A program made the translations under genes and the position numbers. This document shows, in pieces, positions 8,323 to 15,482 of a stretch of DNA of 27,468 nt. Origin of the DNA: an uncultured archaeon (GTDB taxonomy: Archaea > Thermoproteota > Nitrososphaeria_A > Caldarchaeales > Calditenuaceae); assembly GCA_937921685.1 (NCBI GenBank), contig CAKZUF010000019.1:1-27468 (forward strand), given 5' to 3'. The stretch's first letter is position 1, and every line of letters begins with the position of its first letter. The notes under the pieces are model-generated. The model was given only the letters and a program-made list of their open reading frames with translations, made no database searches and was not told the DNA's origin.

Positions 8323-8772
8323 CTAGCCAGTATCACCCTGATAGCTTATCATCCTTTCTTTGGGAATCAGAGGGTAGATTCGTCCATCCCGCGAGACGCG
8401 GCCCGATCCGAGGTAGAGCCACCCCATCCTAACTACTGCAATGCCTCGTTCTAGGCCCTCCCTCTCGATGGGCGCCCCCCTCATCCATCTCTCCGCCTCA
8501 CTCATTGAGATCTCTATGACGCCTCCCTCTAAGTAGGGTCCGAGGAGCTGGCTGCCCTCGATGGACAGGTAGTAGTCGTCGCCCAGCTTCTTGGCAGCGT
8601 AAACCCCCATAGTGACAACACCCTTCATGCGTGCAGCTATCTCTAGGGCTTCGTGTGTCACACACCTGATCTTCTTACCCGATTCCGTGAAGACAAGCTG
8701 GGGCGGGAGAGCATCAACCCTTAGAAATGCTGAGAGGGAGGCATAGTTGCTTCTACTCATGACGCGAACCAC
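8323..8772 (-). CDS. RsmF-type C-terminal module (methyltransferase CI plus PUA-like domain) encoded as a separate ORF
   Basis: The pattern ISMSEAERWMRGAPIE...GIAVVRMGWLYLGSGRVSRDGRIYPLIPKE matches the PUA-like tail of RsmF/YebU-type enzymes (ea..yL.Ge.i...G...v...g..lG.gk...g.l.n.yPk). It is in frame with the upstream methyltransferase ORF, separated only by TGA plus one codon. Confidence 0.55.
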   Translation of the reverse strand: MVRVMSRSNYASLSAFLRVDALPPQLVFTESGKKIRCVTHEALEIAARMKGVVTMGVYAAKKLGDDYYLSIEGSQLLGPYLEGGVIEISMSEAERWMRGAPIEREGLERGIAVVRMGWLYLGSGRVSRDGRIYPLIPKERMISYQGDTG

Positions 8773-8775
8773 GCC

Positions 8776-9708
8776 TCACTCCCTCCTAATCTTGGCGATG
8801 AAGAATCCCTCACCGCCGTTGTCATAGGGGTAGCACTTGAAACACTTCTCCACCTCTGGGCTGAACCTCTCGCCTCCGAACTCCTCCAAGGGTCTGCGCC
8901 GCCTCAGCCCCTGCGGCCTGACCTCTTCGAGCCTTGCCTCCGGATGCCTATCTAAGAACCGCGATATTACTGCCTCATTCTCGAGTGGATGGATTGTGCA
9001 GGTCGAGAATACTATTACTCCGCCTGGCTTTAGGCACTTGTACCCTGACTCGAGTAGGGATGCTTGGAGGGGTTGGAGCCGCCTGCTATGGTTGAGTCTG
9101 TATCTTTTGAGGACTGACCAGTCCTTACTCACGACTCCTAGGGAGCTGCAGGGAGCGTCAACAAGTACCCTGTCAAATAAGCCCTCAGCCCACCTGCTGA
9201 AGAGCCTGCCATCAGCAAGCGTAACCACAGAGTTGATCGCGCCCCAACGCTGCAGGTTGAATGAGAGAGCCTTAACCCTCTTACTCGAGACATCATTCGC
9301 CACAACAACGCCGTCAAGCCCCACGAGCTGGGATATTTGGGTAGACTTGCTGCCAGGAGCGGCGCAGAGGTCGAGGCATCTATCACCGGCCTTTACGTCG
9401 AGGACCTCTACGGGAAGCATCGAAACCGGACCCTGAATATAGATCAGGCCGAGCATGTGTTCGATTGAGTCGCCAAGATTAGCAACGGGAGCCTCGAGGA
9501 CCCTGTAGCCATGTCTCACCCACGCCAGTGGTTCTAACCTCCACCCTCTAGCATGCATGAACTCCTTGACATCCTCTTCCCGGAACTTAAGCGTGTTTAG
9601 CCTTATACACTCGGGCAAAGGTTCCTCAACCGTCCTCAGATAGGCCTCGAGGTCGAGGTCTGGGAGCTGCGACGCAAGCATTTTGAAATCCTCTGAAAGC
9701 GCTATCAT
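8776..9708 (-). CDS. NOL1/NOP2/Sun-family RNA (cytosine-C5) methyltransferase, catalytic part
   Basis: SAM motif DLCAAPGSKSTQ, motif IV DAPCSSLGV and motif VI FSTCT (both catalytic Cys), and a terminal GEGFFIAKIRRE. Confidence 0.85.
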   Translation of the reverse strand: MIALSEDFKMLASQLPDLDLEAYLRTVEEPLPECIRLNTLKFREEDVKEFMHARGWRLEPLAWVRHGYRVLEAPVANLGDSIEHMLGLIYIQGPVSMLPVEVLDVKAGDRCLDLCAAPGSKSTQISQLVGLDGVVVANDVSSKRVKALSFNLQRWGAINSVVTLADGRLFSRWAEGLFDRVLVDAPCSSLGVVSKDWSVLKRYRLNHSRRLQPLQASLLESGYKCLKPGGVIVFSTCTIHPLENEAVISRFLDRHPEARLEEVRPQGLRRRRPLEEFGGERFSPEVEKCFKCYPYDNGGEGFFIAKIRRE

Positions 9709-10355
9709 TTGAAAATCTCACCGGTCCCCTCATACCAGAGGAGGAGGTCAAGGGCCTCGGGAGGTACACCTATAATCCGCGCCGCTTCCATAAACCGCTC
9801 CTCAACAAACAAGTACCTCTTCCTATTAGAGACATCCAACTCCCGGTCTAGGACACCAATTCTAACGAGCCCTCTCAAGACATGTCTATCAATTATAGCC
9901 AGCCCGTCATACCCTATATTCCTCAGGAAGTGCGAGGCCTCCTTATAGCCCATCCCCCAGATCTCCTTCACCAAAACCTCCCTCGTGGCGCGGGCATCTA
10001 CTCCGAGAATCCGCGGAAGAGCCTTACCACACTCTAACTTTCTCCTATTCAACACTATGTACCGGGCCTTCCGGGCCGGAAACCTTACACCCCAACGCCT
10101 GAGAACTGTGTAGATCTCGCGGCTCCGCCCGTCCTGTAGAAGCCCCCTCTCTGAGAGCTCTCTAACAGCCGAGTCAGCCCTCTTCGCACTCGACTGCGGG
10201 GTGAGGATGCAGAACACGAGCTCCTCGAAGAGCTTACCGCCGCTACTCTTATCCACCCTCTTAAACTCTTCAAGCCTCTGCTCAATCACACCCTTCAGCC
10301 TCGAGTATTCCTCCCTAAGCCTCTCAACATAGGCGTCGTTGACAGCAGGCCTCAC
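9705..10355 (-). CDS. ogg: N-glycosylase/DNA lyase, archaeal Ogg2-type 8-oxoguanine glycosylase (HhH-GPD)
   Basis: LFEELVFCILTPQSSAKRA and KEASHFLRNIGYDGLAIIDRHVLR match the Ogg2 helix-hairpin-helix region with its catalytic Lys and Asp. 216 aa. Confidence 0.78.
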   Translation of the reverse strand: MRPAVNDAYVERLREEYSRLKGVIEQRLEEFKRVDKSSGGKLFEELVFCILTPQSSAKRADSAVRELSERGLLQDGRSREIYTVLRRWGVRFPARKARYIVLNRRKLECGKALPRILGVDARATREVLVKEIWGMGYKEASHFLRNIGYDGLAIIDRHVLRGLVRIGVLDRELDVSNRKRYLFVEERFMEAARIIGVPPEALDLLLWYEGTGEIFK

Positions 10356-10383
10356 TCCAAGCTTAGAGGATTATTGGGCGTCT

Positions 10384-11832
10384 CTATACCTTTTGCTCCA
10401 CCGATTTAAAGAATCTCTTCGTCCGCCCCAGGACCTTTGCATTTACGTCCTTAATCTTGACGAGGATCGGTATGTTGCCCACGATGTTGCCGACGATTAG
10501 GGCCTGGCCTAGCTCGAGCGAGGGCGCGACCCTCTTAACTGTCTCCGAGTCTACGTGGCTGAACTTGGAGAGGGCTTCGAGGTCGTTCTCGTTTACGAAG
10601 TTGAAGAGGAGTAAGTTGTCTGCCTGCCTATATATCAGCTCCGGGATTGAGTCGGGCTGGTTGGTCACGAAGATAGGTGAGATTCCGAGATGCCGCATCC
10701 GAGTAACTATATCCTCCCAATATGTCTCACCGACGTAGAGATGTGCCTCCTCCGAGACGAGGAAGAGTGGTGGGATAGAGTTTTCTGAGAGGTGTTTTGT
10801 AATCGCGCTCAGGACATATTCGACAACCATCCTCCTCACCATAGGTCTCAGCCTTGACAAGTCAACCACGACTAGGAGCCCGTCTTCCCTGCTGTTGAAT
10901 AAGTGGAATATTGGGTCGTAGTCTCCATCGACTATGAAGCCTGAGCCAAGGATAACGTGAAGCCTGCTCATCAACGCGTCTCTCACAGCCTCGTTCATGT
11001 GGGCTCTACGTACCTCGCCGAGGAGCCCCTCGATGGTGAGCTTGCCATTCCTCTCCAAATATTCCCAGAGCCTCGCAAACTCCCTTATGCTGTTCTGCGG
11101 AGTAGCGAATACGTGCTCAAGTATATCCATAATTACATCCATGCCCATGGTCTCCAAACCAACTTTGAAGTCCACGCATGGTCTTGCCACCATCACCTTC
11201 TCGGCTATTTCGTTTGACTCTCCCTCTTTTGCATGACCGAGCCCACAGTATTCCCCATTAATATCGAAGACCAGTGCGTAACACCCATGCCTGACAAGCT
11301 CGTACAGCAGGACCTTAACCGAGTGAGACTTTCCCGTCCCTTTCCTCCCCGTGACAATTGTTAATGAGTTGTCGAGGTCTGCGGCATCTATTGTTATTGG
11401 CTCGCCGAATGAATCTCCAATCTCTATTGGTATCTGGGGCTCTCCCCTAACGTGCCTCAAGACCTCGCTTGTAGGAATTCGCTGAATTTTCGAAGAGAAC
11501 CTTGAGGGAATCCAGAGAGAGTTGAATCTGACCCCGTCACGCCATACTACCGTGCGGAGCTTCGCCACTACAATCTTGGACTCTCGGATTGAGAATGTGA
11601 TTGAGCTGACGCCGTGCGGATCGTATAAGCTCATAGAGGCTTTCTGAAGGGTTAGCTCCCTGAGAAGGTCTTCAAGTATGCCTGGAATGTCAGCGTATTC
11701 CACGTCAATGACCTCGAGTATAAGGGCTTTATCACCCTCAACAGCGGCTATGTATTCGCCTCGCTCTATCTCAGTGTCTCCGGGCAGAGCGAGTATCTCA
11801 AATGTGCCGTTATTCTTACGTAGAATCTTCAT
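10384..11832 (-). CDS. herA: HerA-type hexameric ATPase/helicase (DUF87, FtsK-HerA superfamily)
   Basis: N-terminal HAS-barrel-like segment, Walker A TGRKGTGKSH, FDINGEY, Walker B LFLVSEEAHLY and FVTNQPDSI. It is collinear with Sulfolobus HerA as I remember it. Confidence 0.8.
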   Translation of the reverse strand: MKILRKNNGTFEILALPGDTEIERGEYIAAVEGDKALILEVIDVEYADIPGILEDLLRELTLQKASMSLYDPHGVSSITFSIRESKIVVAKLRTVVWRDGVRFNSLWIPSRFSSKIQRIPTSEVLRHVRGEPQIPIEIGDSFGEPITIDAADLDNSLTIVTGRKGTGKSHSVKVLLYELVRHGCYALVFDINGEYCGLGHAKEGESNEIAEKVMVARPCVDFKVGLETMGMDVIMDILEHVFATPQNSIREFARLWEYLERNGKLTIEGLLGEVRRAHMNEAVRDALMSRLHVILGSGFIVDGDYDPIFHLFNSREDGLLVVVDLSRLRPMVRRMVVEYVLSAITKHLSENSIPPLFLVSEEAHLYVGETYWEDIVTRMRHLGISPIFVTNQPDSIPELIYRQADNLLLFNFVNENDLEALSKFSHVDSETVKRVAPSLELGQALIVGNIVGNIPILVKIKDVNAKVLGRTKRFFKSVEQKV

Positions 11833-12823
11833 GGCTCCTTGACTCGAAGGGTGTTAACACCATCAGGCGTTGATTGAAGACGTTTGAGATCGCTGTGCTT
11901 GTCTGCCCCAAAAGTGTGCTTCGCATAGCCACCACATCCATCCAGCTGAATGTTGCGTGGCTGTGTGCAAGTATGAGGGTCTCGGGGTAGCCATGTATTA
12001 GGGCGTCAGATGAGAGAAGGGATGAAAGTGCAACAACCCCCCTCTCGGGCGGATAGGCATCGACCCTGAACGGGTAGAGCGATGGTGCGAGTCTCGCCAA
12101 AAAGACACTGCCCAGAGACCTGATGCCGCTCCAAATAGAACCTACTGCCTTCGTCAAGTCCTGGACATAGGGAGGCGATATGTCGTCATCTCCAAGTCCC
12201 ACCTCAGGCCCCCCTCTCACCAGTAGGCTCTCCTTAGAGAAGGCTAAAATGGTGCTGCCTGTATAGTCAGCCGCCTCAAGGGCCGCCTCTAAAAGGCTGC
12301 TGGGCCTGTCGTATCCTGCTACAAGTGTCCCGTCAAAGAGATAGATGCCTCTCCTGAAATTCGTTATGGCCCAAAGCTGCACAAGTCTCTCAAAGTATCT
12401 GAGCTCCTCCCTGACCTCATGGCCGATACTCAGCGGTGATGCAGGCTTTACCAGCCTCAGGACCGGGCCTATCACCTTTACTGAGACCCTCTCGCAAGAC
12501 CTGTAGACGATTGCAGCCCTCAGCCCGATTACCGGCCCCTGCCTCGCCTCCGCCACCCGCACTACAGATGCGTCAACAGCCACGACGTCGCTGGGGGCCG
12601 CTGGTCCCACCTTAATGACCGGGCCGTCCAGCTCTACAAGATTAAGCGGAACCCAGTCCCTCTCCTCCCACGGCTCAGCCACCAATTCGGGCGGCTGTTG
12701 GAAGGGTCCCAGCCCGCCGCTAAGTTCTGTGAGGGGGATGTCGTCTATGTCTTCGATATAATTCATAAATACCTCCTCCACGGATTTATTCATGGTGTTC
12801 AGCTTGCTCAAGATGTTGTCCAC
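11816..12823 (-). CDS. nurA: NurA-domain nuclease
   Basis: VVAVDAS (first catalytic Asp), LFDGTL, and C-terminal HGYPETLILAHSHA match NurA motifs. The 3' end overlaps the herA start by 17 nt. Confidence 0.7.
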   Translation of the reverse strand: MDNILSKLNTMNKSVEEVFMNYIEDIDDIPLTELSGGLGPFQQPPELVAEPWEERDWVPLNLVELDGPVIKVGPAAPSDVVAVDASVVRVAEARQGPVIGLRAAIVYRSCERVSVKVIGPVLRLVKPASPLSIGHEVREELRYFERLVQLWAITNFRRGIYLFDGTLVAGYDRPSSLLEAALEAADYTGSTILAFSKESLLVRGGPEVGLGDDDISPPYVQDLTKAVGSIWSGIRSLGSVFLARLAPSLYPFRVDAYPPERGVVALSSLLSSDALIHGYPETLILAHSHATFSWMDVVAMRSTLLGQTSTAISNVFNQRLMVLTPFESRSHEDST

Positions 12824-12861
12824 ACCTCAGGGCACCCACTCCTTTCTAGCGACGTGCTTGC

Positions 12862-12868
12862 TTATTAA
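12862..12868. promoter_or_regulatory. Near-palindromic TATA element (TTATTAA) shared by divergent nurA and the 159-aa wHTH gene
   Basis: It is centred about 27 nt upstream of the ATG at 12889 (plus strand). On the minus strand, the predicted TSS about 27 nt away (near 12838) lies about 15 nt upstream of the nurA GTG at 12823. Confidence 0.4.
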
Positions 12869-12870
12869 TT

Positions 12871-13350
12871 TTGCGCAAGATGAGCAACATGTCCAACAAT
12901 AAAGAACCAGTAAAAGTAAGGCTGACAGTGGGAGACATGACCGTCGAGATAGAGACAACTCTGGAAAATGTTGAAGAAGCTGTCAGACGCTCGGTTCTCG
13001 GGATTCAGCAGGCCAAGGCTACACAGCCTGCACAGGCCAAGAAGCCGGAGCGCCGTACAACGACGTGCCTCGACCTATTGGAGAGGCTGGTTGAGGAGGG
13101 CTGGTTCTCGACGCCCCGAAGCCTATCCGAGGTTGTCGGCGAGCTGGCGAGAAGGGGATATCACTATGATCCCACAGCGGTGGCCCACGGCCTCCTCGAC
13201 CTAGTTAGACGGGAGGCCCTCATCCGTGAGGGGAAGCCTAAAAGATACGTCTACCGCGCATCTAAACCCATTGAGAGGGCGGCTGAGGAGGAAGCCGAAA
13301 AGTCCGGAGAGGTTGAGGGTGGTGCTACCCCTCTAGGCCAGGCGTCTTGA
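12871..13350 (+). CDS. Small winged-helix (wHTH) protein of unknown function
   Basis: C-terminal helix-turn-helix plus wing pattern (LDLLERLVEEGWFSTPRSLSEVVGELARRGYHYDPTAVAHGLLDLVRREALIREGKPKRYVY). TATA spacing makes a leaderless in-frame ATG at 12889 the more likely true start. Confidence 0.6.
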   Translation: MRKMSNMSNNKEPVKVRLTVGDMTVEIETTLENVEEAVRRSVLGIQQAKATQPAQAKKPERRTTTCLDLLERLVEEGWFSTPRSLSEVVGELARRGYHYDPTAVAHGLLDLVRREALIREGKPKRYVYRASKPIERAAEEEAEKSGEVEGGATPLGQAS

Positions 13351-13825
13351 GGCGGTTGATAAGCTCCTCTAGGCCCGGCATAGTGATCTGGTACTCGCCC
13401 CTCTCGACCCTCTGAACCAATCCTTCACGGACAAGCTCCGCAAGTCTGGCCGTTATTGTCTTGGTGTTCACGCCTAGAGCCTCTGCCAGCTCAACTACGC
13501 CGGCGCTGCTCTTTTCGGAGAGGCCCATGAGACCCTCGATCCGCTTCTTCGCGAGGAAGAGGAGTGTTCTCTGCGGGATGGAGAGTATGCGGGCTGTGGG
13601 CTTGATGTAGAGTCCCTCCCCTTCGCTGTAGGCAATGTAGTCTTGAAGCGAGTCAACCAGCTTGCTGAGGTCTGGGCCTGACGCGAGGCGGCGTGCTAGG
13701 CTATAGGCAGGTAGGTGTTGTCCAATAAAGCTCGAGACGAATCTTAAGACTTCTTCTACCGTCCCCTCGGCCTCAGCCCTCAGCTCCCCAATCTGGATAA
13801 GGATCCTCAACCTTTCCTCAACCAA
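13325..13825 (-). CDS. wHTH (MarR/ArsR/TrmB-like) DNA-binding protein of unknown function
   Basis: C-terminal VVELAEALGVNTKTITARLAELVREGLVQRVERGEYQIT is a classic winged helix. The gene lies 54 nt downstream of tbp on the same strand, and its 3' end overlaps the convergent gene by 26 nt. Confidence 0.65.
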   Translation of the reverse strand: MVEERLRILIQIGELRAEAEGTVEEVLRFVSSFIGQHLPAYSLARRLASGPDLSKLVDSLQDYIAYSEGEGLYIKPTARILSIPQRTLLFLAKKRIEGLMGLSEKSSAGVVELAEALGVNTKTITARLAELVREGLVQRVERGEYQITMPGLEELINRLKTPGLEG

Positions 13826-13879
13826 TTAACCCCCAACCTCCGCATAGTGCAGACCTACATGTTCTTCCTCTTCGAGGCA

Positions 13880-14464
13880 TCAGACTCCCTGCGACTGGAC
13901 CATATAAGTGATAAGCCCCTTCTCGATAAGCTCATTTCTCAGGATACGTATCGCCTCATAGACCTCCTTCTCATACTTGGCACCTGTACAGACCAGCTTG
14001 CCACTCGCAAACATGAGTATCACAACCTTAGGGTTAGACATCCTGTAGATCAATCCGGGGAACTGCTCAGGCTCATACATGACATTCTCGAGAGACTGGG
14101 CAGCCTGAATGAGATTTATCCTCCCGTGAAGGTCTATTGAGGCAACGATGTTCTGAATCTCGATTATCGGCTCCTCCCTGATCAGGAAGTTCTCCCTCTT
14201 CAAAAGCTTTACCACGATCTTGACGGCCTTAACAGCCTCCTCCTCACTCTTAGCACCGGTGCAAACCATCTTCCCACTACTGAAGATCAGGGTCGCGGTC
14301 TTCGGCTTAGCAAGCCTGAAAACTAGGCCCGGAAACTGGGCGGGCTTATACTCGGCCTCGGGAAACGCGTTCTGGATGGCGTTTAAGTCCAGCCTCTGGT
14401 TTAGGGTGACGGAGGCGACAACGTTTTGGATCTCGATTGTCGGTTCGGGATATTTTTGTTCCAA
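13880..14464 (-). CDS. tbp: TATA-box binding protein
   Basis: Two direct repeats with IQNVVAS...FPGLVFRL...ATLIFSSGKMVCTGAKS and IQNIVAS...FPGLIYRM...VILMFASGKLVCTGAK. TTG start. Confidence 0.95.
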   Translation of the reverse strand: MEQKYPEPTIEIQNVVASVTLNQRLDLNAIQNAFPEAEYKPAQFPGLVFRLAKPKTATLIFSSGKMVCTGAKSEEEAVKAVKIVVKLLKRENFLIREEPIIEIQNIVASIDLHGRINLIQAAQSLENVMYEPEQFPGLIYRMSNPKVVILMFASGKLVCTGAKYEKEVYEAIRILRNELIEKGLITYMVQSQGV

Positions 14465-14469
14465 CCCTG

Positions 14470-14483
14470 AGCTTTATAAAGCT
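14470..14483. promoter_or_regulatory. Perfect 14-bp palindrome AGCTTTATAAAGCT containing a symmetric TATA box, 6-19 nt upstream of the tbp start codon
   Basis: Read directly from the sequence. It is too close to the start codon to be the tbp core promoter itself. Confidence 0.5.
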
Positions 14484-14492
14484 TGGCGGGGG

Positions 14493-14499
14493 TATTTAA
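14493..14499 (-). promoter_or_regulatory. Candidate tbp core promoter TATA (TTAAATA on minus strand)
   Basis: The centre lies about 30 nt upstream of the TTG start at 14464, which fits a near-leaderless transcript. A further TTTTTTAAAAG element sits at 14501-14511. Confidence 0.4.
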
Positions 14500-14634
14500 G
14501 GCTTTTAAAAAAGGGAAACACCGTCCTAAGCCAGAAAGCCGTGCCTGAGTATCTCAGGCGGGTTTAAAGAGGGGAGAGCCGTGTTTAAAAGATAACTACG
14601 TCCTCGTGCTCTTGTACGTGGATGGTCTTTGTAT

Positions 14635-14802
14635 ATGAGTGAGAGTCCGTTGAACGAGATATGCCGCGAGCTTTCAGATGATCATGACTATGTCTTCGGC
14701 GTCCCTGTGGACGAGGTTTCGTATGGTCCAGCCCATTGCGAGGTTTGTGGCTGCAGAATAGACGTGTTCGGCTTCTGTGCCTGTGGAGGATGGCCAGACT
14801 AG
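14635..14802 (+). CDS. Candidate small Cys-rich protein (55 aa), absent from the ORF track because it is under 60 aa
   Basis: ATG-initiated ORF encoding MSESPLNEICRELSDDHDYVFGVPVDEVSYGPAHCEVCGCRIDVFGFCACGGWPD. It fills the otherwise gene-free gap between tbp and aIF2-beta. A GTTTAAAAG TATA-like element lies at about 14583-14591. Confidence 0.3.
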   Translation: MSESPLNEICRELSDDHDYVFGVPVDEVSYGPAHCEVCGCRIDVFGFCACGGWPD

Positions 14803-14812
14803 CTACACACCG

Positions 14813-15238
14813 CTATATCTTCCTGATAGGGGTCTTGGCGCCGCATATCTCACAGACCAAGAATCTAAACCTCTTCTCCGAGACTATTTTCGTGTCAATC
14901 CCCCCGCAGACTGGACACTTGACAAACTCTCTAAAGTAGAGCTGGAGAAGCTTCCCCAACTCCTCATCACCAACTCTGCCGCTCAGTATCGCTCTCTCGC
15001 CGTCTAGGGTTCCGGGTCTCCCAGTCTCCTTGAAGATGAAGCGAGCCAGGTGCTGGGGCTCCCTGCCCAAAGCGTCTGCAAGCTGCTTGAAGTTCGCTAT
15101 GATTGTCTGCCTCTGCTCGTGGACTATCTCAGGTGTGAGGGAGATGGTGCGCTCCCCACGATCAGCCCTGCTGGACTGCACCCTAGACAGCACACGATCC
15201 AGCATCTTCTCATATGCCTCCCGCGAAGCTAGCTCCAT
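14813..15238 (-). CDS. eif2b: Translation initiation factor aIF2 beta subunit
   Basis: 141 aa. The central RFIFKETGRPGTLDGERAILSGR and the C-terminal zinc ribbon CPVCGGIDT...CEICGA are typical of aIF2-beta. Confidence 0.92.
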   Translation of the reverse strand: MELASREAYEKMLDRVLSRVQSSRADRGERTISLTPEIVHEQRQTIIANFKQLADALGREPQHLARFIFKETGRPGTLDGERAILSGRVGDEELGKLLQLYFREFVKCPVCGGIDTKIVSEKRFRFLVCEICGAKTPIRKI

Positions 15239-15482
15239 GCCACCATGATTGAGCCGCAGCCCAGTTAATAAGTCTCCACAGCGGCCCGGGAGAACGCCGA
15301 GACCTATGAAAGACTTCTACTGTGTGATTCGTTAGCAGATCCTCGAGCCTATATCATGTATTTTTGAAAATTTTTATACTTCAAGCTGGCTCCGTTTTTG
15401 GATTGTTTAAGGAAGCGCTGGAAAAGATTATGCGCTTCGAGAGAGGGCCGACAAGTATAGGGACCAGCTTGCGAAGAATGAG

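Noticed and set aside
8837-9436. Long antisense ORFs inside confident genes. Examples are 199 aa at 8837-9436, 132 aa at 7895-8293, 152 aa at 25408-25866, 120 aa at 4687-5049 and 119 aa at 15593-15952.
   Set aside because: They lie opposite well-supported CDSs, are rich in Ser/Arg/Pro/Leu as is typical of antisense frames in GC-rich DNA, and carry no motifs.
15239-15400. Possible small RNA in the aIF2-beta / HsdR_N-like intergenic region, based on a TTAATAAG element, several plus-strand T5 runs, and weak AUGAAAG/UGAUUC/CUGU box-like strings.
   Set aside because: The box motifs are degenerate and incorrectly spaced for a C/D sRNA. The TATA-like element is better explained as the leaderless aIF2-beta promoter read on the opposite strand. 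I found no convincing helices.
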